Below the pieces are notes generated by a model. The model was not told the origin of the DNA, ran no database searches, and saw only the letters and a program-made list of their open reading frames with translations. This document shows positions 7,988-17,202 of a DNA stretch of 64,000 bases, one piece after another. The stretch spans positions 417,521 through 481,520 of the forward strand of contig CAWDZM010000001.1 of NCBI GenBank assembly GCA_963807165.1. Reading direction: 5' to 3'. The position numbers and the translations under genes are program-made. Position 1 is the first letter of the stretch. Every line of letters begins with the position of its first letter. Origin of the DNA: an uncultured bacterium. Lineage in GTDB: Bacteria > Patescibacteriota > Minisyncoccia > UBA6257 > 2-01-FULL-56-20.

Positions 7988-9028
7988 TCATAAAAAGTAT
8001 CCAGTGCGCCTTCGCGCCGATAGGTTGATCTCTTTATCTTTCGTATTCGCATGGAGCCCGCGCAGAGCGCATCCGAAGGCCACAAACCACTCCGGAGAGA
8101 CTCCTTGTCCTTGTGTGAACGTCAACGGGATGACAGGGAGTGCAACCGATTCATCAATCGCCTGCCGCGCCTCCTTTTCGAACGCCACCGGAGAAAGGAT
8201 GACGCCCACGAGCGGGTCCGGCCAGTGCTGTGCATAAAAATTCGACACTTGGCGCAAACTTCCGGCAAGCATCTCCTGAAATTTATTGATAGAGACCTGG
8301 CCTTTCTCGTCGGTAAGGTCGGCCCATTGGTTTGGATATTCGAAATAGAGCCGACCCTTTCGCACTACCAAGAAATCAATACCGGAATTATCGATGTCGA
8401 GCAGAAGATATGACTTATCCATCGCCACGCCGCTCCCCTGTTCACGCACGATGCGAGTGAGCGCGAGCGCGCGCGATTCAACTCCCACTGTGATGAACCC
8501 GCCCTTATAGAGTGCCTGCACCATCTCATCGACAACCCCTTTATCAACGAACGCGGCGGCGATATCCGACCGCAGACTCACCTCATCACGCCCCAAAAAT
8601 TGCCAGCCATAATAGGCATGAGCAATGTCCACCGGCGACACCATCTGCACATTCAAATTAATTGCCTTATCAAGATCGTCCCCTTCCATAAAAGGGAGCG
8701 TGAACACCTGGCTATAAATATTGACTGAACTCAGCGACACAACGACATTCATTTTTCTTCCTTTTTTCTGTCCAGCGGGCAGCTTAGATTTCAAATCTTG
8801 TAGCGCAGCGGCGAACGCCGGTACATCTTTCACTTTCCCTTTTTCCATAATGCCCGGCGTGAGGCGGACCGCTTCCATCTTCCACGCTCCTTGATCAACA
8901 TAGACGCATCGCAAAACCTGATCGCTGATCTCCAGCCCGGCGGCGTTCACGCGGATCCGCAAAGAAGAAAGAATTTTTTGGAAAAATGATTTGATGGATT
9001 GCATAGAAATTATTGGATCTCGGTCCAT
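7988..9028 (-). CDS. pilM: Type IV pilus assembly ATPase-like protein PilM.
   Basis: The actin-like PilM/ComA family pattern LLDIDNSGIDFLVV is present. The protein is 346 aa and lies in the pilus operon. Confidence 0.8.
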   Translation of the reverse strand: MDRDPIISMQSIKSFFQKILSSLRIRVNAAGLEISDQVLRCVYVDQGAWKMEAVRLTPGIMEKGKVKDVPAFAAALQDLKSKLPAGQKKGRKMNVVVSLSSVNIYSQVFTLPFMEGDDLDKAINLNVQMVSPVDIAHAYYGWQFLGRDEVSLRSDIAAAFVDKGVVDEMVQALYKGGFITVGVESRALALTRIVREQGSGVAMDKSYLLLDIDNSGIDFLVVRKGRLYFEYPNQWADLTDEKGQVSINKFQEMLAGSLRQVSNFYAQHWPDPLVGVILSPVAFEKEARQAIDESVALPVIPLTFTQGQGVSPEWFVAFGCALRGLHANTKDKEINLSARRRTGYFL

Positions 9029-9435
9029 GAAACAATATTGATCTGTCCGGTGGTAGCATTCTCCGAAACCACTACATTGATCTTTTTAGTATGGCCGCTT
9101 ACCGTCGCGGTGGAAAGGATTGTGGCGAGACCCGCCGAGGGAGAACTTTGGGTGATGGTGACCGTTGCTGTTGCGGAGCTCGTGCCAGAGACGGTATATC
9201 CAGGAGAAGGGTTGGAAAATACACTATTCCTATCAAGCTGCAAAAGACCGTCCTCCGCGCCCGCCGTCGCCGCAGACTCGGCGCTAAAGGCCGCCGCGAC
9301 GCCGTATCCGGTATCGAGCGATGATGCCGCGAAGAATGCAATAAGAAGGCCGGCGACGGCTACCAATCCTCCGATAAAGAACACCAGTGCCAAAAATGTT
9401 TGACCTTTGTTGAAAGAGGGATATCCCATCCTCAT
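9010..9435 (-). CDS. Minor pilin-like protein.
   Basis: The N-terminus KGQTFLALVFFIGGLVAVAG resembles a degenerate prepilin hydrophobic helix. The rest is Ser/Thr-rich. Confidence 0.45.
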   Translation of the reverse strand: MRMGYPSFNKGQTFLALVFFIGGLVAVAGLLIAFFAASSLDTGYGVAAAFSAESAATAGAEDGLLQLDRNSVFSNPSPGYTVSGTSSATATVTITQSSPSAGLATILSTATVSGHTKKINVVVSENATTGQINIVSWTEIQ

Positions 9436-9447
9436 TATTATACCTCC

Positions 9448-10365
9448 TTATTGAATATTGTAGGTCTGATCGCCCGAAAGGGCGTATGCCGTATTGCCCA
9501 ACTGCACCACATCACCTCCCGTCGTCGTTGTGGGCTGATAGATGTGATATGAAAAATCCGTACCATCCGACCATTGCCCAAAAGAATAAAGATTGTCCGG
9601 AGATGGCACGATCGCTCCGGCGATGAAACCCACCTCCTTCTGTGTGGTGAGATCGAATACAAAGAAGCCGTACGAAAGCTGATAACATCCTCCTGCATTC
9701 GGCGCTGGGTTGCATTGGAACAAAACGAGATACCGCTCATCCGGCGACAGCGCCACGTCGGAAACCTGTTCAAGACCAACGTCCGGCAATACCGCTACCT
9801 GAGTCAGACCGCTTGTCGTATCATATGAAAAAACAGAAATCTTCCCCTGAGAATTTGAATTCGGTGTACCCTTGGCAGCAAAATATACTTTTTCCTTTCC
9901 GTACAATACCGTGTACGAAGTGCTTAACGGCTGGAGTCCCATCGTTTGAGCAAGTTCCTGAAGATAGTCCGCGATACTCACGGGGGCGGTTCCATCGAAT
10001 GATGGCGACGAACCTTCGGAAGAGGATGGCGCAGATTGCATCTGTCGAATCGCCGCGGCGAGCGCGTCGTGGTGAACTGTCGTTATCTCGGCAGAGGTGA
10101 GCACGGTCGTCGATCCTTTTGCTGATTTGATCGTTAAGCTGCCCGGCGTAAGTTTTACCGAATAATTGCCGCCCGACGTCGGCACTTGCGGGATCGACGG
10201 GGTGACAGTATAACTCGCCGCGACACTGCCGCCCGGCGTTGTTGTTGTGGCTCCATTATTATTGCCCACCATCGCCATATAAGATCCACTCCACGGATGC
10301 CATAGCAAAAGCCCCACGAGAATCACAACGGCGATCCCGGCGATAATAATGAGCGTCTTCCTCAT
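9448..10365 (-). CDS. Exported hypothetical protein with PD40/beta-propeller-like repeats.
   Basis: It has a signal anchor, and SPDERYLVLF resembles a PD40 repeat. Confidence 0.5.
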   Translation of the reverse strand: MRKTLIIIAGIAVVILVGLLLWHPWSGSYMAMVGNNNGATTTTPGGSVAASYTVTPSIPQVPTSGGNYSVKLTPGSLTIKSAKGSTTVLTSAEITTVHHDALAAAIRQMQSAPSSSEGSSPSFDGTAPVSIADYLQELAQTMGLQPLSTSYTVLYGKEKVYFAAKGTPNSNSQGKISVFSYDTTSGLTQVAVLPDVGLEQVSDVALSPDERYLVLFQCNPAPNAGGCYQLSYGFFVFDLTTQKEVGFIAGAIVPSPDNLYSFGQWSDGTDFSYHIYQPTTTTGGDVVQLGNTAYALSGDQTYNIQ

Positions 10366-11930
10366 TGTGCGGGGGTAGGCTTCACCACCTGAAGCAATGG
10401 AACATCAGCACGCGTAGCGTACACTTCCCAATCAAACGATCCGCTTTGTGCGCTTGCATGCACGACGAACGTCCCTGCATCGTGATCAAAATTATCATAG
10501 CTCAAAACGAACGGCATACTCCCCTTCGCGGTTAAATACACCGTCTCCGATCCGGCTCGAGTGAGCGCACTAAAGTAAGAAGGCAAAGCAACCGTCGCCT
10601 CACCATCCACAAGCGTTGCAGTGCCGCGATAGTAGACGCCGTTCTCCGGCCCTTCAAGATCGGAATGAACCAGATCGTATCCCGGCATCTCGTTGCCCGG
10701 ATATGGAATCTCGAAGTTCTTCGTCGTCGCCGTGATCGTACCCACCACTTGCAATGCCGTGGAAGGATTTGTCGTGCCGATACCAACACTACCGCCATTA
10801 TAATAAATGGCCGTACCGGAAGCCGTCCATGGATTGCACGACCCTCCGCACGTGACATTGCCCGTGGCATAAATATTCCCCTTCACCGTCAATGCCTGCG
10901 CAGGAGTCGTCGTGCCAATACCGACATTGCCTTCGGTTAAAAGAATAATATTGCCGGTCCCAGGGACAGGAACCCCCCCGAATGTTTCTTGTTTAGAAAT
11001 AAGATCCAAATTACCACTAAGATCTCTCCCGATAAAACCACCTTGACCGTTATCTCCATTCCCCGCAAAAAAAGCGATAGACTCTTGCGGAGTTGCCGTC
11101 GGGAAATAACTGCTACTGATCGGCATACTTATAGTGCTGAAATATATACTATTTAACCCACCCGTGTTTGCCATAGTAAAATTCATAAAACCGCTCCCAG
11201 GAAAATGACTGGGATAAGCGGGCATCATTTCCACCGTACCAATACTGCCGCTTCCGCTTGGTGAACCCGCTATCAAATAAACACTACCACCGTTGGTATT
11301 CCCCGACGCACCGCTCTGCGCCTGAATATATATCGGGGAGCCATTACCAGACGCCGCAGTGCCTCCCTCAACGTCCAATGCCCCCGCCGGTGCCGTCGTG
11401 GTGCCAACACTAAGGCCGCCTGAAAATTCATAATTTCCACCGCCGGTGCCGGAACCAAAGGCGCCCGATGAAACATTGCCTGCGCTGATAGTCGAAGAGC
11501 CGAGACTGCTCGCGCTAAACGTCCCGGTGACAGTGAAATTACCGCCGACGGTAAGATTGTTGCCGATGGTAGTATTTCCGGCGCTTATCGTGCCCGTGGC
11601 GATAGAGATAGTCCCGTCATCACGCAATATAAATATCGGTGTCTGGTTATTTTCCAACACCTGCAATGCATTGGTGGTAGCATCGCTCGTCGAACCGACG
11701 ACGAGGAATTTAGTGCCCGAGATCGTCGTGGAGGTGCCGACGCTTACATTGTTGGAAGCATCGCTTCCAATCGAACCTGAACCGCCGGAAGGATTCTGCG
11801 TCGGCCCGGTAAAGGCAAACACCCTAAAGGTCAAAATAAACAACGCTCCCACTACGATTGCTCCCGCCGCCGTGGCGAAAATACTGAACTTTGTTTTGAA
11901 TAGATTTTTTTTCATTGGAGGGTTGATCAT
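10362..11930 (-). CDS. Large Gly/Ser/Thr-rich exported protein, probably beta-helix-like.
   Basis: The protein is 522 aa with a signal peptide and long low-complexity G/S/T/N repeats. The true start may be the Met at about 11915. Confidence 0.55.
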   Translation of the reverse strand: MINPPMKKNLFKTKFSIFATAAGAIVVGALFILTFRVFAFTGPTQNPSGGSGSIGSDASNNVSVGTSTTISGTKFLVVGSTSDATTNALQVLENNQTPIFILRDDGTISIATGTISAGNTTIGNNLTVGGNFTVTGTFSASSLGSSTISAGNVSSGAFGSGTGGGNYEFSGGLSVGTTTAPAGALDVEGGTAASGNGSPIYIQAQSGASGNTNGGSVYLIAGSPSGSGSIGTVEMMPAYPSHFPGSGFMNFTMANTGGLNSIYFSTISMPISSSYFPTATPQESIAFFAGNGDNGQGGFIGRDLSGNLDLISKQETFGGVPVPGTGNIILLTEGNVGIGTTTPAQALTVKGNIYATGNVTCGGSCNPWTASGTAIYYNGGSVGIGTTNPSTALQVVGTITATTKNFEIPYPGNEMPGYDLVHSDLEGPENGVYYRGTATLVDGEATVALPSYFSALTRAGSETVYLTAKGSMPFVLSYDNFDHDAGTFVVHASAQSGSFDWEVYATRADVPLLQVVKPTPAQ

Positions 11931-12388
11931 TGGGTGGCGGCCGACGAAGTCGCGTTAGGAGAACCCTGAAGATATGGGGTGGTCTGCGCTGCTGCCGCTT
12001 CCACGGCGGAGGGATTGGCAATTAATTGCGCGATACTGCTCGTAGCATTCAGGCGCGTCCAGAAAATGATCTGCTGGGGGTTAAAATATACTTCGCCCGA
12101 AGGTCCCCATGCGACGCTATTAAAAGGATATACCCCCACCGCCGCATTTCCTTTTGCATCGGTACTCCGTTGCAAAAACCATGCATCTTCCATGTGCGGC
12201 GTCGGATACCAATCAAGCGTGCCGAAATAAATATCGCCCGTGGAAAGATAGACGGCGGAATACGGCGAAAGCGCGCTCGCCTGCGCTCCGCGATCGCTCA
12301 CGCGCATCCCCGCCCACACCCCGACGCCGATGAGGATGACGGCCCCCACGACCACCAGTGCAATGACGATATTTTTTTGGATCTTCAT
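11927..12388 (-). CDS. Membrane-anchored hypothetical protein.
   Basis: It has an N-terminal transmembrane segment and is translationally coupled within the operon. Confidence 0.45.
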   Translation of the reverse strand: MKIQKNIVIALVVVGAVILIGVGVWAGMRVSDRGAQASALSPYSAVYLSTGDIYFGTLDWYPTPHMEDAWFLQRSTDAKGNAAVGVYPFNSVAWGPSGEVYFNPQQIIFWTRLNATSSIAQLIANPSAVEAAAAQTTPYLQGSPNATSSAATQ

Positions 12389-12407
12389 GATCGATATGTT
12401 TTATATA

Positions 12408-12980
12408 TTATTTCGGCACAACGATGATGTGTCCCACAGGACCCTTCGAAGGGCCACCACATGATGCGCAATAAAAAGTAAAATTGCCCGGCTGTAACGC
12501 CTGAAATTGGATGACCTGCATCTTCCCTTTCGGAATCGTCGTGACGCTAAACCCATAATCAGGCTGATTAAATCCATAGCTGGCATCAACCGCAGTGAGA
12601 TTGAGGTTCACCGTATCGCCCTGATCGACAATCACCGTACTCGGAGAAAACGCGCCATTTTTGATCGCAATGGCAAAACTCCGATAGCTCACATCCCCAG
12701 AGGGATCACCAGCAGCTTGAACGACCGGGATCGCCGCACCGAGCACCGTACTCGTCGCGCCTTTATTAGGAACAGAAACATTCGCAGGGACTGCTGTTTT
12801 CGTGGAAGAGGTCGCAACGCCTTGCGCCGAAGTCGAACCTTGGGTTGATGGCGTCGTATTCTGCGCATCATTTTGCACCGTGCCGACGTTGTTCCCCCGC
12901 AATGAATACCCCACAAGCATGGCACCACCCACCACCACGATCAATGCAATAATGATCACTATTTTCTTCTTCATGCTCAT
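12408..12980 (-). CDS. Membrane-anchored cupredoxin-like domain protein.
   Basis: AFSPSTVIVDQGDTVNLNL matches the cupredoxin_1-type beta-sandwich. The C-terminus FYCASCGGPSKGPVGH carries Cys and His residues that could ligate a metal. Confidence 0.55.
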   Translation of the reverse strand: MSMKKKIVIIIALIVVVGGAMLVGYSLRGNNVGTVQNDAQNTTPSTQGSTSAQGVATSSTKTAVPANVSVPNKGATSTVLGAAIPVVQAAGDPSGDVSYRSFAIAIKNGAFSPSTVIVDQGDTVNLNLTAVDASYGFNQPDYGFSVTTIPKGKMQVIQFQALQPGNFTFYCASCGGPSKGPVGHIIVVPK

Positions 12981-13004
12981 AAAATGATTATATCATTCCT
13001 ATTA

Positions 13005-13805
13005 TTAATAGAGTTCCTGCCACGCAGGCGTTCCCGACGCGTTTTGGGCGCACAACCAAAGCGAATCCTTCCCTGCCCCGCCCGAAACAAACCAAAGCGT
13101 CCCGCGCGTATTCGTGCTGCACGTTCCCGTTGCGCTTTGGATGAGCTGTATGCCGCCATTTACGGAAAGCTGTGCATATGGACTCAACGTATTAATACCA
13201 ACATTATTGCCGACGAAATTAATGACGCCATTAATCGGACTCCATTGATAAGTGGAGTTCCCCAGCGGCTCGCCGCTGGCCGACGGAAGAACGTTGGTAT
13301 CAAACGTTGCGGCGGAAACGTGCTCGATGGAAGATTGGAAAAGCTGACTGAATGCCTGCACCACATTCGTCGTGTTGTACGCCATCGTGAACGAAACATT
13401 CACCACGTCATGTCCTGGAGGGTTTGCCCGGCGCACGAACGAGAGATTCGAAACAGAAACTTTGTTGGAAGTGAGTGCCTGCAACGGCCCGCCAACCGAT
13501 TGTTGAAGATACACCGTGCCGCTCGCGAGCGTGATGAACGTCGGATCCGCAGAAGAGCTCGCCATAAAAAGCTGGAGGGTGGACGTGGTGGTGGACGTCG
13601 GGATATTCACCAAACTCGCTGTCTCCACATAGTACTGCAACTTCCCTAAAAGAAATTCGCTCTCCTGGCTCACTGCCGCAGACGACGTGGATTGCACCTG
13701 CACCTGCGTGACCACCACCAGTATGCCGATGAAGGCAATGATGACCACGGAAAAGATGCTTATCGCAATCAACATCTCAATGAGTGTAAATCCTTTCGCT
13801 TTCAT
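13005..13805 (-). CDS. Type IV pilin-like protein (pseudopilin).
   Basis: The prepilin N-terminal motif KGFTLIEMLIAISIF is present. Confidence 0.8.
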   Translation of the reverse strand: MKAKGFTLIEMLIAISIFSVVIIAFIGILVVVTQVQVQSTSSAAVSQESEFLLGKLQYYVETASLVNIPTSTTTSTLQLFMASSSADPTFITLASGTVYLQQSVGGPLQALTSNKVSVSNLSFVRRANPPGHDVVNVSFTMAYNTTNVVQAFSQLFQSSIEHVSAATFDTNVLPSASGEPLGNSTYQWSPINGVINFVGNNVGINTLSPYAQLSVNGGIQLIQSATGTCSTNTRGTLWFVSGGAGKDSLWLCAQNASGTPAWQELY

Positions 13806-13832
13806 ATATTTATTATAGCATCATGAATAGGA

Positions 13833-14738
13833 TTACGGACTCCAATTTACAATAACTCCTTGTACGCGCGGGGTGGCAGTCTGTCCGACGTTCGTGGACA
13901 GAATGACGCGGTAGCGGAAATATCTTCCCGTAAGCGAACTATAGTTGTAGAGCGCGATCGGGACGCCAGCAACGCCGGTGTATGTGCTTCCCGATGTGCC
14001 ATCCGGGCCAATGAAGTTCCATGGGCCACTCGAACTATTGCTCACCGCAAATTGGAACCCAACCGCTGTTGATGACGGCGTGGAGCCCTGCCACGTGAGC
14101 GAATTGATCTGTGCGCCGCTTGCGACGCCGGTGTCGAACGTCTCCGAGTCGAGCGTCCCCGTCGCCGAACCCGCGACCCAGTACGTCACAAGATCGTATT
14201 GCGAAGTTCCGCAGCTCGAAGTATTGCTGCAGTTAAAAGAAATCCACCCCACCGTGCCATTCCACGCCCATCCGGAAAACACTCCCGTCGAAGGATTGAT
14301 AGTCACGCCGCAATACGACCCGTAGCTCTGACACAATGCTGTGGTCGTTGCGGAGGGATATGTCGAAGAGGCATCACCCCAATAGAACGATATCCATCCG
14401 TACTTATCACTCCACGCCCATCCCGAAAGATGGCCGCCGCCGTCATTCGTCACTTTATAATTGCTCGTGCCGCAAATATTTCCCGGAGGAGCCGTGGCAC
14501 AATCGAGGGAAATACTTCCCGCCGACGAGCTGGCATATCCCGTGACCTGCGTTGCCGAAACACCGACAACCCCCGTTGAATAAAAATCCATCCATCCGAT
14601 CGCATCGTTCCATGCCCAATGCATGGATGTGGATGCGTTGATATTATTAGCCCCTCCGGCGAACGCGCTACCGGGAATAAAAAGAAAAATGGCGATGACC
14701 CCTGCAATGATAGCGCTATGGAAAAGAAAAGATCTCAT
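13833..14738 (-). CDS. Secreted repeat protein with three GWAW...GWIxF repeats.
   Basis: It has a signal peptide. The internal repeats are WAWNDAIGWMDFY, GWAWSDKYGWISFYWGD and GWAWNGTVGWISFNCSN. Confidence 0.55.
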   Translation of the reverse strand: MRSFLFHSAIIAGVIAIFLFIPGSAFAGGANNINASTSMHWAWNDAIGWMDFYSTGVVGVSATQVTGYASSSAGSISLDCATAPPGNICGTSNYKVTNDGGGHLSGWAWSDKYGWISFYWGDASSTYPSATTTALCQSYGSYCGVTINPSTGVFSGWAWNGTVGWISFNCSNTSSCGTSQYDLVTYWVAGSATGTLDSETFDTGVASGAQINSLTWQGSTPSSTAVGFQFAVSNSSSGPWNFIGPDGTSGSTYTGVAGVPIALYNYSSLTGRYFRYRVILSTNVGQTATPRVQGVIVNWSP

Positions 14739-14750
14739 GGTGCGATGATA

Positions 14751-15368
14751 TTAATATCCCGGGATAGAAACGTAGATCGATCCCGTACTCGTCGTGTAGT
14801 CGATATTCGATGATGTGGCAAACTGATCACCGGCAGAGGTCGCTACGCCGCTCTGGTTCGGACCGCCGGACCAATCGGTCTGGTCGAACACGGCATCTTC
14901 GTTCCTGGTGATGTACGTACTGATCGTGCTCGTCTTCCCCGCATTCCAATTATACACTACGAAAACCTGCTTCGTGGATGGATCGTACGTCGTTCCCGAC
15001 GCGGTGATGACTCCGCCGGTACGATACACATCGGAAAGATAAAAATAGCGGGTGTACGTCGTGGTCGCGATGACAATGGATTCAACTCCCGACGTCGCGG
15101 TATAAGGAGACGAAGCAGTGATCAGATAATAGCGATAGGTTGAACCGGTGGCGAGCGAAAGAATATTCTGCCAGCTCCCCTCAGACCACACGCGCACATT
15201 ATTTATGAGACTTTGCGCATTCGTCGCCGCCGTCTGTATCTTGATCGCCTGGCCACTCTCGGTAAGCGACGGCGAGATGATCATTGCCGCACCCACCATA
15301 AAAATGACGCCCACCGCGATGGCGATCATGATCTCAACAAATGATTGTCCGGAGCGGGAATTGTTCAT
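14751..15368 (-). CDS. Type IV pilin-like protein.
   Basis: The prepilin-like N-terminus is GQSFVEIMIAIAVGVIF. Confidence 0.7.
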   Translation of the reverse strand: MNNSRSGQSFVEIMIAIAVGVIFMVGAAMIISPSLTESGQAIKIQTAATNAQSLINNVRVWSEGSWQNILSLATGSTYRYYLITASSPYTATSGVESIVIATTTYTRYFYLSDVYRTGGVITASGTTYDPSTKQVFVVYNWNAGKTSTISTYITRNEDAVFDQTDWSGGPNQSGVATSAGDQFATSSNIDYTTSTGSIYVSIPGY

Positions 15369-15375
15369 AAAAATT

Positions 15376-15846
15376 TTAATACGTCACTTGGCCGGATGAT
15401 GCGATTAATATAGTGGAGGAGAACGCGGTGTTTTGCTTTGGCATATAAAAACCGATGCTCGTGGAAGCGGATGCGAGGCCGGAAATGGAAGAAAAGATCA
15501 CGTCAAGCGTTGCGCCGGATGCAAGCGTGGACGTAATGTACGCCACCGTCCCGGGCAGGTGGAACGGGCCGCTGACGATCGTCGTCGTGCTATAGCTCGT
15601 CCTAAAAAGCGCATAGAAAGGAGTACTCCCCGTCGGATTCGCAAAATGCACTCCCCACGCCGCATCCGATTCCTGGGCCATCGCATCGCTCTGCGCCTGC
15701 CGCAGAAGCGATCCCACCTGCTCAACCGTGGCGGAAAGATCGGCACTGCTCTTTCGCTGGGACAAACTCGCAAACACCACCGCGCCCATAGCGATCATGA
15801 TGCCAAATACCACGAGTAGTTCAATGAGTGTGAATCCTTTGCGCAT
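15376..15846 (-). CDS. Type IV pilin.
   Basis: MRKGFTLIELLVVFGIMIA is a canonical class III signal with Glu at +5. Confidence 0.85.
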   Translation of the reverse strand: MRKGFTLIELLVVFGIMIAMGAVVFASLSQRKSSADLSATVEQVGSLLRQAQSDAMAQESDAAWGVHFANPTGSTPFYALFRTSYSTTTIVSGPFHLPGTVAYITSTLASGATLDVIFSSISGLASASTSIGFYMPKQNTAFSSTILIASSGQVTY

Positions 15847-15852
15847 AGAATT

Positions 15853-17061
15853 TTAGAATGAGGTGGTCAACTGATAGATCGGCACAATAATAGAGAGCGC
15901 GATGACGCCGACCATCACGCCCATCACGAGCAACATCGCCGGCTCGAGTAACGAGACAAGTGCCTTAATATTCGCATCGATATTTGATTCATAGAACTGC
16001 GCAAGCGTATCCAACACCTCCTCGAGATGGCCTGCTTTTTCGGAAACGGCAACGAGGTTAGAAACGATCTTCGGGAACACCGTCTCGCGATGGAATGCCT
16101 CGCCGATCGTAAGTCCCTTTGCTAAGCCATCATTCGCAATGCGAAGAAGCGCGTCGCGATACGCATCCAACCCCACGGTGTCGGCAGCGATAGTGATCGT
16201 CTGAACGATCGGCAATCCGGCGCGCATGAGCGAGCTCATCGTGGACGCCATGCGTTGGACGGCAAGCTCGTAGTACACTGTGCGCACGAGCGGAAGACTC
16301 GTCAGCACACGGCTAAATATCTTTCCCCCTACCTCCGTCTTCATCGCCGCCCATGCCAACACTCCGACGATGATCAGTATCCCCGGAAGGATAATAAAAA
16401 TATTCGCCCCGATAAAAAGACCGACGGTGAACACGATCTGCGAAAACCACGGCGGATTGATGCCGCTCTGAGAGAATACGTTCGCCACCTTTGGCAGGGC
16501 AAACGTCACAAGGAATGTGAGGATCGCCGTTGCGATGCACAAAAGGATGATCGGATAGATCATTGCGGATTTTACCTTGCCCTGGATCTCCGCATCACGT
16601 TCAAGCGACGCGCTCAAATCTTCGAACGTCTTCTGAAGCGTTCCCGATGCTTCCGCCGCCTTTACCAAATTAATAACGGTCGGTGAAAAATCTTTCGGGT
16701 GCCGTGCAAACGCTTGATAGAACGGCTGGCCCTTACTCAGATCCTCGCGCACCTCGAGAAGAAAATTGCGCATCGCCGGCTTATCAAAATCCAAAATAAG
16801 GATGTTGATTGCGGAAAGCAAATCCGTACCCACGCGCAACATGAGCGCGAGATACTTTGTAAGAAACACTTTATCCGACGTGTTGATGCCACCAAAGAAT
16901 CCCTGGACGAATCCGATCTTCACCTGATCGATCGGCTTCACTGAGACCGGACGCAATTGCTTTCCGCCAAGAAATCGAAGGACGTCGCTCAGCGCGTCAG
17001 CTTCGTGATCGCCCTCCATCATCTTTCCCGACTCATCCGCAGCAACATAGTGAAACAGCAT
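15853..17061 (-). CDS. pilC: Type IV pilus/T2SS platform protein PilC (GspF family).
   Basis: T2SS-F domain similarity is present. The start is taken at the Met at 17061 because the promoter -10 box overlaps the GTG at 17094. A start at 17022 is also possible. Confidence 0.8.
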   Translation of the reverse strand: MLFHYVAADESGKMMEGDHEADALSDVLRFLGGKQLRPVSVKPIDQVKIGFVQGFFGGINTSDKVFLTKYLALMLRVGTDLLSAINILILDFDKPAMRNFLLEVREDLSKGQPFYQAFARHPKDFSPTVINLVKAAEASGTLQKTFEDLSASLERDAEIQGKVKSAMIYPIILLCIATAILTFLVTFALPKVANVFSQSGINPPWFSQIVFTVGLFIGANIFIILPGILIIVGVLAWAAMKTEVGGKIFSRVLTSLPLVRTVYYELAVQRMASTMSSLMRAGLPIVQTITIAADTVGLDAYRDALLRIANDGLAKGLTIGEAFHRETVFPKIVSNLVAVSEKAGHLEEVLDTLAQFYESNIDANIKALVSLLEPAMLLVMGVMVGVIALSIIVPIYQLTTSF

Positions 17062-17092
17062 ACATAAATAATACCATTTCCTAAGCCCAATC

Positions 17093-17128
17093 ACTATAAA
17101 ACAATGGGCATTAAATCTATCTAAAATA
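17093..17128 (-). promoter_or_regulatory. Conserved promoter-like motif, copy 2 of 4, upstream of pilC.
   Basis: The minus strand reads TTTTAGATAGATTTAATG, then an 11-nt spacer, then TATAGT. Confidence 0.6.
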
Positions 17129-17163
17129 GGAAAAACGGAACAGCCATTAAATGGCTGTTCCGT
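17128..17163 (-). terminator. Rho-independent terminator downstream of pilB.
   Basis: An 11-bp stem (CGGAACAGCCA/TGGCTGTTCCG) is followed by a U-run on the minus strand. Confidence 0.6.
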
Positions 17164-17202
17164 CTGACACGCAAAGATTTTTTAATATCCTTCTCCCCTG
17201 TA

